Positions 63,502-64,000 of a stretch of DNA of 64,000 nt are shown here, in pieces. The number at the start of each line of letters is the position of its first letter. Position 1 is the stretch's first letter. The notes under the pieces were generated by a model. It searched no databases, was not told the DNA's origin, and saw only the letters and a list, made by a program, of their open reading frames with translations. Source of the stretch: Vicugna vicugna (lineage: Eukaryota); NCBI GenBank assembly GCA_013265495.1, contig MU058650.1:709394-773393 (forward strand). Direction: 5' to 3'. A program made the translations under genes and the position numbers.

Positions 63502-63657
63502 CTTAAAATAGATGGGAGCCATATCACCCACTTCCTTTGGGAGAGGAATGCATTCATAAACCATATGATACTGCTTCTTCATGCTCATATTCGTTTCTAA
63601 AAAGATACAGTCCAATCCTTTTTCTTCGAACATCTTTACCAATGATTTTCTGAACAT
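63502..63657 (-). CDS. CWF19L2: CWF19-like protein 2, internal coding exon ([10 protein letters not shown]...MAPIYFK)
   Basis: The 156-bp phase-0 exon has acceptor TTTTCTTTTCTTCAG and donor GTATTT. The translation matches the CwfJ C-terminal region of CWF19L2 as I recall it. Confidence 0.97.
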
Positions 63658-64000
63658 CTGAAGAAAAGAAAATGGCTAGGTAAATGAAGCAGTCAGAGGA
63701 GATTCAAAATAAGAAAACAATAAAAAGTACAATAAATTCCTTTAAAAAAAAACAGTAAACAATGTCTGAACTCTGTAATGTGACGTTATAGTTTTTACTT
63801 TCTAAATCTACTACAGAGTTTCACATAGCTAAGCAACATTTTTTAAAAACTGAAACTCACTCTGCAATTATGTATGCATAATTGTATATATAATATACAA
63901 TTGTGTATATATTAGAAACAGTTCCAGTAAACTAAAATAAGAAAAGGAAGAGATAAATTAAAATTTAGGTGGTAAAATATATAGAACTGACAGGGGAAAA

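Noticed and set aside
63475..63657. Stand-alone 60-aa ORF starting at ATG
   Set aside because: The ATG is the first codon of an internal CWF19L2 exon and the last 8 residues run into the intron.
1..64000. CRISPR arrays, prokaryotic operons, intact ERV or intact L1 ORFs, GUCY1A2 exons
   Set aside because: None seen; the sequence is mammalian and all retroelement ORFs are disrupted.

Overview
This window is mammalian genomic DNA, most likely camelid, because it carries several copies of the Vic-1-type tRNA-derived SINE. The right part holds the last four coding exons and the 3' UTR of CWF19L2 on the minus strand, with an L1-packed 13.4-kb intron. The left ~45 kb is nominally intergenic and rich in L1, L2, MIR, MaLR, solo ERV LTRs and SINEs. 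The main unexpected signal is a chain of about 10-12 exon-like segments on the minus strand in the non-repetitive islands between ~6.3 and ~30.4 kb. They have GT-AG splice signals, largely compatible splice phases, long frames broken by a few stops or frameshifts, and recurring peptide motifs (WLExYL, EELxIxS, [VI]FWR, P..FLxxYL). I read this as the relic of an unannotated multi-exon gene with possible RIIa/DPY-30-like repeats; that reading is inference. Other notable structures are a full-length U6 copy fused to ~380 bp of unknown sequence inside an old L1 ORF1, an inverted duplication just downstream of the CWF19L2 poly(A) region that preserves an empty insertion site, a SINE-L1-tail composite, and a twin-primed (5'-inverted) L1. 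Repeat family names and old-repeat boundaries were assigned by eye and are approximate.
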